Shown: positions 46,013 to 55,060, counted from the first letter of the stretch. The stretch: DNA of 64,000 nt from Candidatus Saccharimonadales bacterium (GCA_035478775.1 DATIJG010000008.1:56354-120353); one strand, 5' to 3'. The notes: generated by a model from the letters alone, not told the origin. Numbers and translations: made by a program.

Positions 46013-47272
46013 TTAGGCCTTGGCCTTGGCAATAAGTTTTTGGTAGGCAGCTTGATGGCCCGCGATCATTTTTTGTAGGGTAAAACGTTTTTCAAATTGC
46101 TGGCGGCAGCCAGCGCGGCTTATTTTTGGCAGGTTCGCAATTGCTTCGGCCATGAGTTTTGCGGTTGCAGCTGTGTCGAGCTGGCGCGGATTTTTAGCTA
46201 TTCTAGCAGCGCGGTTTTGTGCGCCAGTTTGCGCGTTTTCGGGCGTCTTGATATTTTTGAGCCATTGCTTTTGAATTACAAAGCCGGTTTTGCCATCATC
46301 CACAACTTCGGGCAAAGCACCAGAATCAAGCGCGACCACCGGCGTGGCACATGCCAAAGCTTCGATGCTGACCATACCAAACGGCTCGTCAAAAATTGAC
46401 GGCACTAAGAGTGCTTGTGCATTGCCAATAAATTTATTTTTAGCGGCGTTATTTTTGATGAACCCGACGTATTCGACGTCGTTACCTAGCTGGGGCAGTA
46501 TTTTTGCGTGCCAGTAGGTGTCTTTTTGGGCATCGCTGTAATGTTTGCCGGCAATTTTGAGTGCCAGGGTGTTGTGCAGGTGCTGACGATTGTATTCACG
46601 CACGGCGGCAATTGCCAAGTGCACACCTTTGGGCTCAATGATGCGGCCTACGTAAGCGACATAGTTTTGGCCGCCACTTGGCGCAGGTTTTAAAACCGGC
46701 GCAAACATATCGGCTGCTAAGCCATGGTAAATTTTCGCCACCCAATGGGTGCTTGCAGGCATACCAGCGCGCTGGACATCCGACATCGAAAGCCAGTTAA
46801 GGTGGGCATATTTCGGGAAAACACTTTTATATTTCACCAAGAAATTAAAGGGGTCGTGATGCGTGAAAACAACCGGCTTTTTACAAAACTGCGCAAAGGG
46901 CAGGGCCACGTCCTCTTCGTTGCAATACACATGCACGATATCTAGCTGGCCAGCGTTCGCCATAGCAAAAGCGTGTGCTAAAAGCTCGCTTTGCACTTGG
47001 CGGGCAAGCGTTACAAATGTAAAGGTATGTTTTTTGAGCAAATCGATATATGTGTCGCCACGGCCAGCAAGTTCTTGTTCGAAATAACTGAGGTCGGCCG
47101 TAATTACCGGAACGCTTGTTTTAATCTTGCCTGGCGTAAACAACGTGACGTTTTCGCCCGCCGCCTGCAAGCCTTCGGCCAGCTGGATTGCTAAATGCCC
47201 AGGTGAAAAAATAACGTCCGGCAGAATTTGCGGATGCATGAAAATATGCGGCACCACAATACCGATCTTCAT
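46013..47272 (-). CDS. Family 4 (GT-B) glycosyltransferase
   Basis: EPFGMVSIEALACATPVVALDSGALPEVVDDGKTGF (E-x7-E region). Confidence 0.85.
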   Translation of the reverse strand: MKIGIVVPHIFMHPQILPDVIFSPGHLAIQLAEGLQAAGENVTLFTPGKIKTSVPVITADLSYFEQELAGRGDTYIDLLKKHTFTFVTLARQVQSELLAHAFAMANAGQLDIVHVYCNEEDVALPFAQFCKKPVVFTHHDPFNFLVKYKSVFPKYAHLNWLSMSDVQRAGMPASTHWVAKIYHGLAADMFAPVLKPAPSGGQNYVAYVGRIIEPKGVHLAIAAVREYNRQHLHNTLALKIAGKHYSDAQKDTYWHAKILPQLGNDVEYVGFIKNNAAKNKFIGNAQALLVPSIFDEPFGMVSIEALACATPVVALDSGALPEVVDDGKTGFVIQKQWLKNIKTPENAQTGAQNRAARIAKNPRQLDTAATAKLMAEAIANLPKISRAGCRQQFEKRFTLQKMIAGHQAAYQKLIAKAKA

Positions 47273-47311
47273 CGCCCAGCCTCCGAAAAACCCGCCCCCA
47301 GGCAGTGAAGG

Positions 47312-47437
47312 CTATTTGCCCTCTTCGACCTCATCTTCGTCATCGCTATGCTCATCCAAGAAACTGAGGTCGATGTCCTTTGATTCCATATCATCGCTTG
47401 CGTAATAACCATCTGCTTGTACGTCACTATCTGCCAT
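47312..47437 (-). CDS. Candidate 41-aa highly acidic small protein
   Basis: Below the ORF-track cutoff. SD GGAGGG 5 nt before ATG. MADSDVQADGYYASDDMESKDIDLSFLDEHSDDEDEVEEGK. Lies between msrA and the GT4 gene on the same strand. Confidence 0.35.
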   Translation of the reverse strand: MADSDVQADGYYASDDMESKDIDLSFLDEHSDDEDEVEEGK

Positions 47438-47487
47438 CTTACCCTCCAAAAACGTTTGCTACCGTTAGTATACCATAAAGTACTGGC

Positions 47488-47985
47488 CTACAGCAAGCTC
47501 GTATCAGTGCGAACGTAGTGGCAGGTGTAGCCACCGGGGTGTTTGCGCAAATAATCTTGATGGTAGGCCTCGGCAGTATAAAATGCCTTGAACTTCTCAA
47601 GTGACGTCACCACCGGCTTTTTGTACAAACCCGATTCGTTCACCTTGCCAATCACCATTTTGGCGATTTTTAGCTCATCGTCGGTTTGGTAGAAAATAGC
47701 CGAGCGGTACGATGAACCGACATCGTTGCCTTGGCGGTTCACAGTTGTAGGGTCATGAATGCGAAAAAAGAAATCAAGCAAATGGGTAAAATCGGTTTTA
47801 GCCGGGTCATAGGTGATGGCAAGCGTCTCGGCATGGCCAGGGTGGTTTTCGTACGTTGGGTTTTGGTTTTCGCCGCCGCTATAGCCGACTTCGGTAGCAA
47901 TCACTCCGGGCTGCTCGCGAAATAAATCTTCTAGACCCCAAAAGCAGCCACCCGCCAGATACGCAAGTTTAGCCTGCACCATCAA
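47488..47985 (-). CDS. msrA: Peptide methionine sulfoxide reductase MsrA
   Basis: AYLAGGCFWGLEDLF catalytic motif and the typical GYSGG...HAE pattern. Confidence 0.93.
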   Translation of the reverse strand: MMVQAKLAYLAGGCFWGLEDLFREQPGVIATEVGYSGGENQNPTYENHPGHAETLAITYDPAKTDFTHLLDFFFRIHDPTTVNRQGNDVGSSYRSAIFYQTDDELKIAKMVIGKVNESGLYKKPVVTSLEKFKAFYTAEAYHQDYLRKHPGGYTCHYVRTDTSLL

Positions 47986-48109
47986 AGCACCCTCCTTTTA
48001 CTACTATTAGCTTAGCATATGCTTGCGTTACAGAGACGTTTAGAGGTACATTAAAGGCATATGCTTGAGAGTGGGTCAAGCCATTTTGAAGCAACTTTTT
48101 GGAGGGTGC

Positions 48110-50350
48110 ATGAACAATACGCAGGGAACGTTTATCGTCATCGAGGGCACCGATGGCTCAGGCAAGGGCACACAGTTTAGCTTACTGGCAGAGCGCTTAC
48201 AAAAAGCCGGCTACGAGGTAGCTTTATTCGATTTTCCGCAGTACGAAAGCCCGTCAAGCTACTTTGTACGCCAATATTTGAACGGTGCGTACGGCGAGGC
48301 TAACGACGTCGGCCCGTACACCGGCTCGCTGTTTTATGCGCTCGACCGTTACGAAGCCGCGGGCGAAATCCGCAAGGCGCTAGCTGCCGGTAAAGTAGTG
48401 CTGGCCAACCGTTTCGTGGGCAGCAACATGGCACATCAAGGCGCTAAGTTCGTAAACGCCGAGGAACGCCGCGGCTACTTCATTTGGCTCGATAACCTAG
48501 AATTTGAAATGCTGCGCATCCCACGGCCGACCGCTAGCTTTGTGTTACGCGTACCGGCCGAAATTGCCCAAACCCTTGTGGACCAAAAAGAGCAGCGTAG
48601 TTACACCGATAAAAAACGCGATATCCACGAAGCAGACCTGGCGCATTTGCAGCGCTCCGTACAAGTGTACGATGAAATGTGCGAACTGTTCCCGCGTGAT
48701 TTTGTGCGCATTGATTGTGTGCGCCACGGCCGCCTGATGGACGTCGAAAATATCCAGCGCGTGCTATGGGAAAAGATTGACGCGTTGTTACCGCCGCCAC
48801 CGCAGCTGGAAATGAGCACGCCGGCATTTACGACTGTCGCAGAGGACATCCAAGCACAGGCACATGAAGCCACCATCGTTGAAAACCCGTTCGTAAAACT
48901 AAATAATGACGGCAGCTACGAGCTGACTAAAGAAGGCCAAGCTTTTTTGCAGCAAGCCACCACCGAGCCAGCCGGTGGCACATACGCACTCACCGGCAAG
49001 CTCGCGCCAGCTACTATCGCCGCGCTATTTACTAAGTTATACCACGGCACAGCTGACCTTCGCTTAGTGCTACTCGACGAATTTTCCGGAAGTACGCAAA
49101 AAGATGCCGCATTCTTACGCCAAGCAACGAAACAAGGCGATGCAGCGTTTATACAGCACCTCGCCCAAACGCACATAGTCATCGAGAACGCCAGCAGCTT
49201 GCTAGCCAGCGAGCTCCGCGCCCAACCAAACCTCCAAGTCGTGCAGCCGGAAACGTTCCGCGCTCATTTTAACTATAAAAGTAGCGAGGGCAATTACCCA
49301 TACCACACGCCCGCGAACTTAAGCGACGAGGCTCGCACTTATTACTGCGCTGCAATGGATAAGATCTTTGACGCGTATAGCTACATGCTGCAAACACTTT
49401 CCGACCATCTTAAGCAGAGCCGGACATCGCAAGATGGGCAAACCATGGCCTGGCATAATACCACTGCCGCTCAGGCACGCCACATTCTGCACGATACGCT
49501 GCCAGTCGCAGCTTCTACAAACATCGGCATCGCTGCTTCGGCAATTACCATGCTGCAAGCCGCAAAAATGCTTCAGCAGCAAAACCTTAACGAATATACG
49601 GCTGCTGGCGAGGCGCTCGCAGTACAAACCCAAAAAGCACTACCCGACTTTTTTACCAACAACGAAGAAGAAAACACAGCAGGCCAAAAACCTTCGACTA
49701 GCAAGCTTTCTAGCCTGGCCCAAAGCGTACTTGCCGACAATTACGCGGCAAGCGTAGCTACCAGCGCGATGCTCACTAGCTTTTTGCCCCGCAACGAGCT
49801 GGATTTAACCGCGGAGATGCTTTTTGCGCACGGCGGCCTGCCGCTAAACGAAACTATTCAAGCTGCTGCCAAGTTACCGTACGCCCAAAAGGCGCTGATA
49901 TTTGAAACCTATCTAAACAGTAACGACATTAAAGTGCTGCAAAAAACCAGTTACACCTGGGATATTGTGGCTAGTTTCGACACATTTAATACGTTGCAGT
50001 GTCAAAATGTCGGGGCGCTCACACGCCAGCAGCTGACACCACGATATGGCTACGAGGTGCCAAAAATAATTGAAGAGGCAGGCCTGTCCGACTATTTTGA
50101 AGCCTGTTTTGATATAAGTCTACAGCTGCACAGCTATTTGCAAAGCGCAGGCTACGCTGCCGAGGCAGAATACGCCACGCTATACGGCCACCGTTTACGC
50201 ATGCAGTTTACGCACACCGCTGCCGATACGACCGCGTTATTTACACACAAAACCTTAAAAGATTCGGAATTCACAAATATCTTGCAAGAAATGCAGGCCA
50301 AGCTGGCAGCTGCGCATCCGCTCTTAAGCCAAGTATTCACCAAAGAGTAA
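48110..50350 (+). CDS. tmk: Thymidylate kinase fused to a ~520-aa C-terminal region with two degenerate ThyX-like repeats
   Basis: ATG 48110 after GGAGGG. Tmk P-loop FIVIEGTDGSGKGTQ and DRY. The C-terminal SYTWDIVASFDTFNTLQCQNVGALTRQQLTPRYGYEVP aligns to the ThyX RHRxxSxxxxSxRY region, but RHR is replaced. Confidence 0.75.
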   Translation: MNNTQGTFIVIEGTDGSGKGTQFSLLAERLQKAGYEVALFDFPQYESPSSYFVRQYLNGAYGEANDVGPYTGSLFYALDRYEAAGEIRKALAAGKVVLANRFVGSNMAHQGAKFVNAEERRGYFIWLDNLEFEMLRIPRPTASFVLRVPAEIAQTLVDQKEQRSYTDKKRDIHEADLAHLQRSVQVYDEMCELFPRDFVRIDCVRHGRLMDVENIQRVLWEKIDALLPPPPQLEMSTPAFTTVAEDIQAQAHEATIVENPFVKLNNDGSYELTKEGQAFLQQATTEPAGGTYALTGKLAPATIAALFTKLYHGTADLRLVLLDEFSGSTQKDAAFLRQATKQGDAAFIQHLAQTHIVIENASSLLASELRAQPNLQVVQPETFRAHFNYKSSEGNYPYHTPANLSDEARTYYCAAMDKIFDAYSYMLQTLSDHLKQSRTSQDGQTMAWHNTTAAQARHILHDTLPVAASTNIGIAASAITMLQAAKMLQQQNLNEYTAAGEALAVQTQKALPDFFTNNEEENTAGQKPSTSKLSSLAQSVLADNYAASVATSAMLTSFLPRNELDLTAEMLFAHGGLPLNETIQAAAKLPYAQKALIFETYLNSNDIKVLQKTSYTWDIVASFDTFNTLQCQNVGALTRQQLTPRYGYEVPKIIEEAGLSDYFEACFDISLQLHSYLQSAGYAAEAEYATLYGHRLRMQFTHTAADTTALFTHKTLKDSEFTNILQEMQAKLAAAHPLLSQVFTKE

Positions 50351-50384
50351 CCCCCGAAGGGACTCAAGCTACACGCCAATCACA

Positions 50385-52085
50385 CTACACCGTATCGACT
50401 TTTATAGTAAACTGCCCGATTTTCTCTGGCGTTATTTGTTGGAATCTTTTCTTACGGGCTTCCTGCCATTGCTTCATTATCGAATAACGCAGTAAGAAAT
50501 CATCAGAAGGCAACGGTTTATAATGAGCTTCCGCAATCGTGTAAAGGCGGTCGGCATGCGCCTGGTTGGCGTCACCATAGGCCCGCTGCATAATCGGCGA
50601 TGCTTTCCAGCGCTCGTGCCAATCAGCAGGCAACAGCCGCGGCCACTTTGGGTCGGCAAAAATAGCAGGCCCGATACTCACCTTAATGGCGTTACGGTTC
50701 AGGTGTTTCTGAATAATACTCGCAGCAGCGCCAAGCGAAAAATCAAGCGGAATTTTCGTTTCAAATGCTTCATCGTAAAGAGCCCACGCCCTAACATAGG
50801 CATCTACGAACTCGTCGGCGTCCAAGTGTGGCGTCCCATCCGGCTTAAGCTCCAACCCGCCAGCTATACCGGCGGCGATAAAATCTGCCTGTTCGCTGCT
50901 GAGTACATCCTCGCCGAATAGTTCCGCAGCTAGGGCGTTGGCGCGCTGGTATGCACTATGCAAGACTGGCTTCAAGGTGGCATCGTATGCGATGTTTTCA
51001 ATTAAGCGATGCAGTTGAAGGTCGGTATCTTTATCAAAGTTATCGAGGCGCTTTACAAAATTTTTAAGTATGAGTTTTGCTGGGGTATGGCCAGCCTCGC
51101 CAATATTCGCTTGGCCCTTTTCATAGCCGTAGCTCATGGCTGCCATAAGCCAAAGCGACCCTTGCGCAACTGAACTGTGCAAATGCTTTTCACGTGTTTC
51201 AGCGTAGCCGTCTTTTATTCTGACAGAGACACGCTCGGTTCCAATAAACCATCTCCCCGAGGCATTTTCACCAAAAATAAGGGTTTCTTCGGCGGATAAT
51301 TCATTCATCCAAGCCCCTTCTTCGATCGCTGCGCTCACGCCGCTCATGATATCTAAGGTGGCATCGAATTTGTCTGGCGCATTACCGATAACCGGCAGCC
51401 ATTCCGGGGCACCGGACTCATCAGCCTGAGGTTCGTCTTCAGCGTACATGCTTAAATTGATATGCCTGCTGATGTGCTCGCCAGAATAACCCGGAACGCA
51501 GCCGTGCTTAGCGGCAATGCTAACAAGTTCATTAAGCACAATTCTTTCACGATAAGGCATTTCGCTTGGAGCACATGGCGACAAACGAATCTCTGTAACA
51601 CCCTTATTATCGTAGTAGCCGGCTTGTAAACCGGCATTCCCAAACCTGAATTCTAGCCAGTTATTTGGCGAACCGTACTGAGTAGCCAAGGTGTCGTATG
51701 AGGCACCTTTCGGCGGCGCTGTTTCGCCAAGAGTCGGGGTTGAAAAGCGTTTATATAGTTCATAATTAACAAAATCGGCTACAGTAAAATTGTCGATATT
51801 TGCCAGCCACTCCTGCTGCTTGCGGGCTTCTGCAGCATTGGCTGGCACTAATTGTAGTATGTCTTGCTGCGCCTCGTTGCGCAGGCGGTTGTATTCTTCG
51901 GCAGGCAAGGGGCTGACATCTGAAGTACCGACAATGTAAAACTCGAGCTCAGTGCCGACCAAAAAACGCACCGGCCGGCCGCCGTATTCACCAGTGCGTA
52001 AACTTTCTTCTAACTGAGGCAAACGGCGCTCCGCCAGCTCACTCTCATTAAGATATTCCGGCTGTTGCCCGCCAAACTCAGACAT
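50385..52085 (-). CDS. Glutamine-synthetase-like carboxylate-amine ligase (divergent)
   Basis: Ordered GS-type motifs: VGTELEFYIV, QAGYYD..VTEIRLSP, SGEHISRHINLS, ERVSVRIKDG, YAETREKH. Confidence 0.55.
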   Translation of the reverse strand: MSEFGGQQPEYLNESELAERRLPQLEESLRTGEYGGRPVRFLVGTELEFYIVGTSDVSPLPAEEYNRLRNEAQQDILQLVPANAAEARKQQEWLANIDNFTVADFVNYELYKRFSTPTLGETAPPKGASYDTLATQYGSPNNWLEFRFGNAGLQAGYYDNKGVTEIRLSPCAPSEMPYRERIVLNELVSIAAKHGCVPGYSGEHISRHINLSMYAEDEPQADESGAPEWLPVIGNAPDKFDATLDIMSGVSAAIEEGAWMNELSAEETLIFGENASGRWFIGTERVSVRIKDGYAETREKHLHSSVAQGSLWLMAAMSYGYEKGQANIGEAGHTPAKLILKNFVKRLDNFDKDTDLQLHRLIENIAYDATLKPVLHSAYQRANALAAELFGEDVLSSEQADFIAAGIAGGLELKPDGTPHLDADEFVDAYVRAWALYDEAFETKIPLDFSLGAAASIIQKHLNRNAIKVSIGPAIFADPKWPRLLPADWHERWKASPIMQRAYGDANQAHADRLYTIAEAHYKPLPSDDFLLRYSIMKQWQEARKKRFQQITPEKIGQFTIKVDTV

Positions 52086-52308
52086 AATAACGCTTATTAT
52101 ATCATATAACGTAGCTTATTGCTATCCTGCGAGCAGTCTGCGCTAAAGGTATAAATGATTTCACTCCTCTCTTTTATTTGACAAAAACAGTGTGGGTTAG
52201 TTAAATTGTTTCTATGCAACGAAAGATGTTCGGTCTCGTGGTTATTTTCGGCTCGATGGAGCGCGGATTGCACTTGGCTTAAAATTTTTCCAAAAAATAA
52301 GTAAAGGC

Positions 52309-52340
52309 ACCGGGCTCCACCAACAGGAACCCGGTTTTTT
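52309..52340 (+). terminator. Terminator-like hairpin in the 5' leader, 7 nt before the ATG of the transglutaminase-like gene
   Basis: ACCGGG-ctccaccaacaggaa-CCCGGT followed by TTTTTT. A TTGACA-17-TTAAAT promoter-like sequence lies about 130 nt upstream. Confidence 0.4.
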
Positions 52341-52346
52341 AATACC

Positions 52347-53501
52347 ATGTTTACAGAAAATATCTACACCCCGCACCCGAGATCACCAGCTTACACTGGA
52401 GCACGGCAAGCTTTGCTGGAGGTTGTGCAACCGGCGCGCCTCCATGAAACGATTGCGCAAGCTGGCGAAGCGAGCGATACAGTCCGCCTTGCAGCAGCAG
52501 AACATATTCAAACCCATGTGCATGACGCGCTGTGGTTTAAACTTGGCAATTATCCCGCGTACCAACCAGCCAATGGTGAAGCAGAAAATATCATCCCCGA
52601 AAATCAAGAGACGAATTGCCTCGGTTACGTCGCGATCACCGCCGAAATATTGGCTTTGGCGGGCATACAAAACCATATTATCTATTTTAAGGATCACTTT
52701 ATGAACGGTGTTGTTACCGGTGAAAACACATCGAAACCGCAGTTGCATATGTTTGACGCCATAAACCCTAGTCTCAGCCAGAACCTAACCAATACGCTGC
52801 GCGGCGTAACCGTTGCTCGATTGCTGCAACAACAGGCAGTGAGCGGGCGCGGTGCCGCCCGTATCGATACCGAGCGGTTGCTTACCAACGCCGGCTACAT
52901 TGCTGATGAATTCACTCACCGCCCAGACACTATTGGTTTTACCTGGTTGTATTATCAAAAAGGCGACTCGCTGCGACTCGACGCCACCTCACGGTTCGCC
53001 CGCGATGAACGTTGGGAGCGCCGCAACCGCTACACCAGTTTTATGAGCATCTACCCACATGGCATCGGCATGCGCGTGCTGGCCGCTTACGGTACATTCA
53101 AAGCCGCAATCGGCAACAAAAACTACGAAGATGCGCTGGCAAGTTCTTATAAGATTGCCGGTTTGTTTCCAGAACTTGACGCGCGGCTCAAACATGACAA
53201 AATAAAAGCACTGGTATTGGCGCTCACAGCCAGCGGCCATACCGAGGACGCACTCGCGGCAACCTTCAATTACTGCACGAGTTTCGCATGCAGCAGTGAC
53301 CCTCGTTTAAAGGGTATCGAAGCCGGGTTATACTACGATATCGCCATAGCCACCGGTGATGTCGAAGTGGCAGCTTTGGGCTTACATGCTTACCAGCAAG
53401 CGCTCGGTGATTACACCAATCGCACCAAAAAACCGATTCGGTCAGAAACTTTTGAAGGGAAAATGGCTAAACTACAAAAAATAATACAGGCAGGCAGATA
53501 A
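52347..53501 (+). CDS. Transglutaminase-like cysteine protease-fold protein (384 aa)
   Basis: ETNCLGYVAITAEILALAGIQ ... DHFMNGV ... HMFDAINP gives the Cys-His-Asp order and spacing of the TGase core. Confidence 0.5.
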   Translation: MFTENIYTPHPRSPAYTGARQALLEVVQPARLHETIAQAGEASDTVRLAAAEHIQTHVHDALWFKLGNYPAYQPANGEAENIIPENQETNCLGYVAITAEILALAGIQNHIIYFKDHFMNGVVTGENTSKPQLHMFDAINPSLSQNLTNTLRGVTVARLLQQQAVSGRGAARIDTERLLTNAGYIADEFTHRPDTIGFTWLYYQKGDSLRLDATSRFARDERWERRNRYTSFMSIYPHGIGMRVLAAYGTFKAAIGNKNYEDALASSYKIAGLFPELDARLKHDKIKALVLALTASGHTEDALAATFNYCTSFACSSDPRLKGIEAGLYYDIAIATGDVEVAALGLHAYQQALGDYTNRTKKPIRSETFEGKMAKLQKIIQAGR

Positions 53502-54575
53502 ATGGACCAATATCTCCAAAAACTTATTTCTTTTAAGAGCAACAGTAGCGACCAGGCAGCGTGCCAGGAAGCCTTAAAGTACGTTGCTGATTTTTGCGCC
53601 GCCCACGGGCTGCATGTTAAAGAGTACGACTTTAACGGCGTCGCATCATTCGTGGCAACAGTTAAACCAAACGACTTAGAGCCAAAAGTTATGCTGGTTG
53701 CGCATATCGACGTCGTGCCTGCCAGGCAACAAGATTATACGCTCACCGAAAAAGACGGCAACTATTACGGCCGCGGAGTGTACGATATGAAATCGGCTAT
53801 CGCTAATTACATGAACGTAGTCGACGTGCTGGGTGACGATCTTAAAAATTACAGCTTAGGCATTATGATCGTAACCGATGAAGAGGCCGGCGGCCAAAAT
53901 GGTGTCAAGCAACTCGTAGCCGAAGGGTATCGGCCAGGCATTTGTATTTTGCCCGACGGCGGGCAAAATTGGGACATTGAGGCTCTCGCCAAAGGTTTTA
54001 TCCAAGCGGATATCAACGTGGTTGGCAAAGCGGCGCACGGCGCACGCCCCTGGGAGGGCGATAGTGCAATCATTAAATTGGTTCATGTGCTCAACGAAGT
54101 GAGCCATTTATTTGACGAAAATGCTATACACACTAGCTCTCTAAACATTGGCACAATAAGCGGGGGCGACGCTATAAACCAGATTCCGGCACATGCTTCA
54201 GCCGCTTTAGATATTCGTTATGTAAAACACGAGGATTACACGCACTTAACAGAAGCAATTCATGATATTTGCACACGCCATGGTGCTACATACACCAAAC
54301 GATTCGTTGGCAGGCCGTGCGTTACCGACTTGAAACATCCACAAGTCATACCGTTCGTTGAAAGCATCACCAAAATCACCGGCCACGAGGTTACCGGCAC
54401 TATGAGTTACGGTGGCAGCGACGGTCGCTTTTTCGCCGCCGTTGATGTGCCGTGCGTTTTAACCCACCCCGAAGGTGGCGAGCAGCACGCGACAGGCGAG
54501 TGGATCAGTAAAAAAGGTTTTGAGCAATTCAACGAAGTCATTTTGGATTACCTACACAAAGCCGCCAAAAACTAA
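53502..54575 (+). CDS. M20-family metallopeptidase (ArgE/DapE/CPG2-like)
   Basis: VAHIDVVPA, DMKSAIA, VTDEEAGG motifs. ATG immediately follows the stop of the upstream gene. Confidence 0.85.
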   Translation: MDQYLQKLISFKSNSSDQAACQEALKYVADFCAAHGLHVKEYDFNGVASFVATVKPNDLEPKVMLVAHIDVVPARQQDYTLTEKDGNYYGRGVYDMKSAIANYMNVVDVLGDDLKNYSLGIMIVTDEEAGGQNGVKQLVAEGYRPGICILPDGGQNWDIEALAKGFIQADINVVGKAAHGARPWEGDSAIIKLVHVLNEVSHLFDENAIHTSSLNIGTISGGDAINQIPAHASAALDIRYVKHEDYTHLTEAIHDICTRHGATYTKRFVGRPCVTDLKHPQVIPFVESITKITGHEVTGTMSYGGSDGRFFAAVDVPCVLTHPEGGEQHATGEWISKKGFEQFNEVILDYLHKAAKN

Positions 54576-54593
54576 CTTTTAGTAAACCGTGCA

Positions 54594-54682
54594 GGCTGCC
54601 GATGTATATAAGTAACACGCGCAGTCCTCCGAGCAAAACGAGGAGATGTTTGAGCACGACTTACTTATATACATCGGCAGCC
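54594..54682. repeat. 22-bp perfect inverted repeat flanking a 45-nt spacer
   Basis: GGCTGCCGATGTATATAAGTAA (54594..54615) and its exact reverse complement at 54661..54682. No U-tract follows. Confidence 0.8.
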
Positions 54683-54695
54683 CCCGTAAAAACCG

Positions 54696-54724
54696 TTGAC
54701 ATTTTAAGTGCATTCGCGTAGAAT
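54696..54724 (+). promoter_or_regulatory. Sigma70-type promoter for rplJL
   Basis: TTGACA (54696..54701), 17-nt spacer, TAGAAT (54719..54724). Confidence 0.6.
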
Positions 54725-55060
54725 AACAGGGAACATCACCGAAGACAGTAGCAGCATAAAAAGCTTAATTGGCTACCGAGGCATGAATTCAAACAAATAT
54801 TTTGTTTATTTGGCTGAGTCTTTGGTAATGCGAGAACCAAAGACTTTTTATTTGTCTTTAGTAATCCGTTCATTAACAACTTGGCCGAAGAAAAATTTGC
54901 ATTATTGAAAGTACTTTTTTATTTCAGTTCAAGGCACATCGGAAGCGCAAAGTATGTTATGCAAAAACATACTTTGCGACCCGAGAAGTGCCGCGAAGTG
55001 TAAACTAAAGGTACGACCTCCTGCAACCAATTCAAAAACAGTAAACAAGGGACACGGCTT
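54725..55060 (+). promoter_or_regulatory. Long structured rplJ 5' leader (candidate L10 leader with attenuator hairpin)
   Basis: About 335-nt untranslated leader. Hairpin AGTCTTTGG/CCAAAGACT plus a T-run at 54817..54853. 13-bp perfect stem CGCAAAGTATGTT/AACATACTTTGCG at 54946..54978, enclosed by GGCAC/GTGCC. Confidence 0.5.

Noticed and set aside
52097-52348. 83-aa minus-strand ORF in the divergent intergenic region. Similar intergenic ORFs occur at 5984..6178, 7471..7878, 13230..13442, 20548..20733 and 22034..22264.
   Set aside because: They have no SD and odd composition. They overlap promoter, hairpin or repeat features or pseudogene remnants, so they are most likely spurious.
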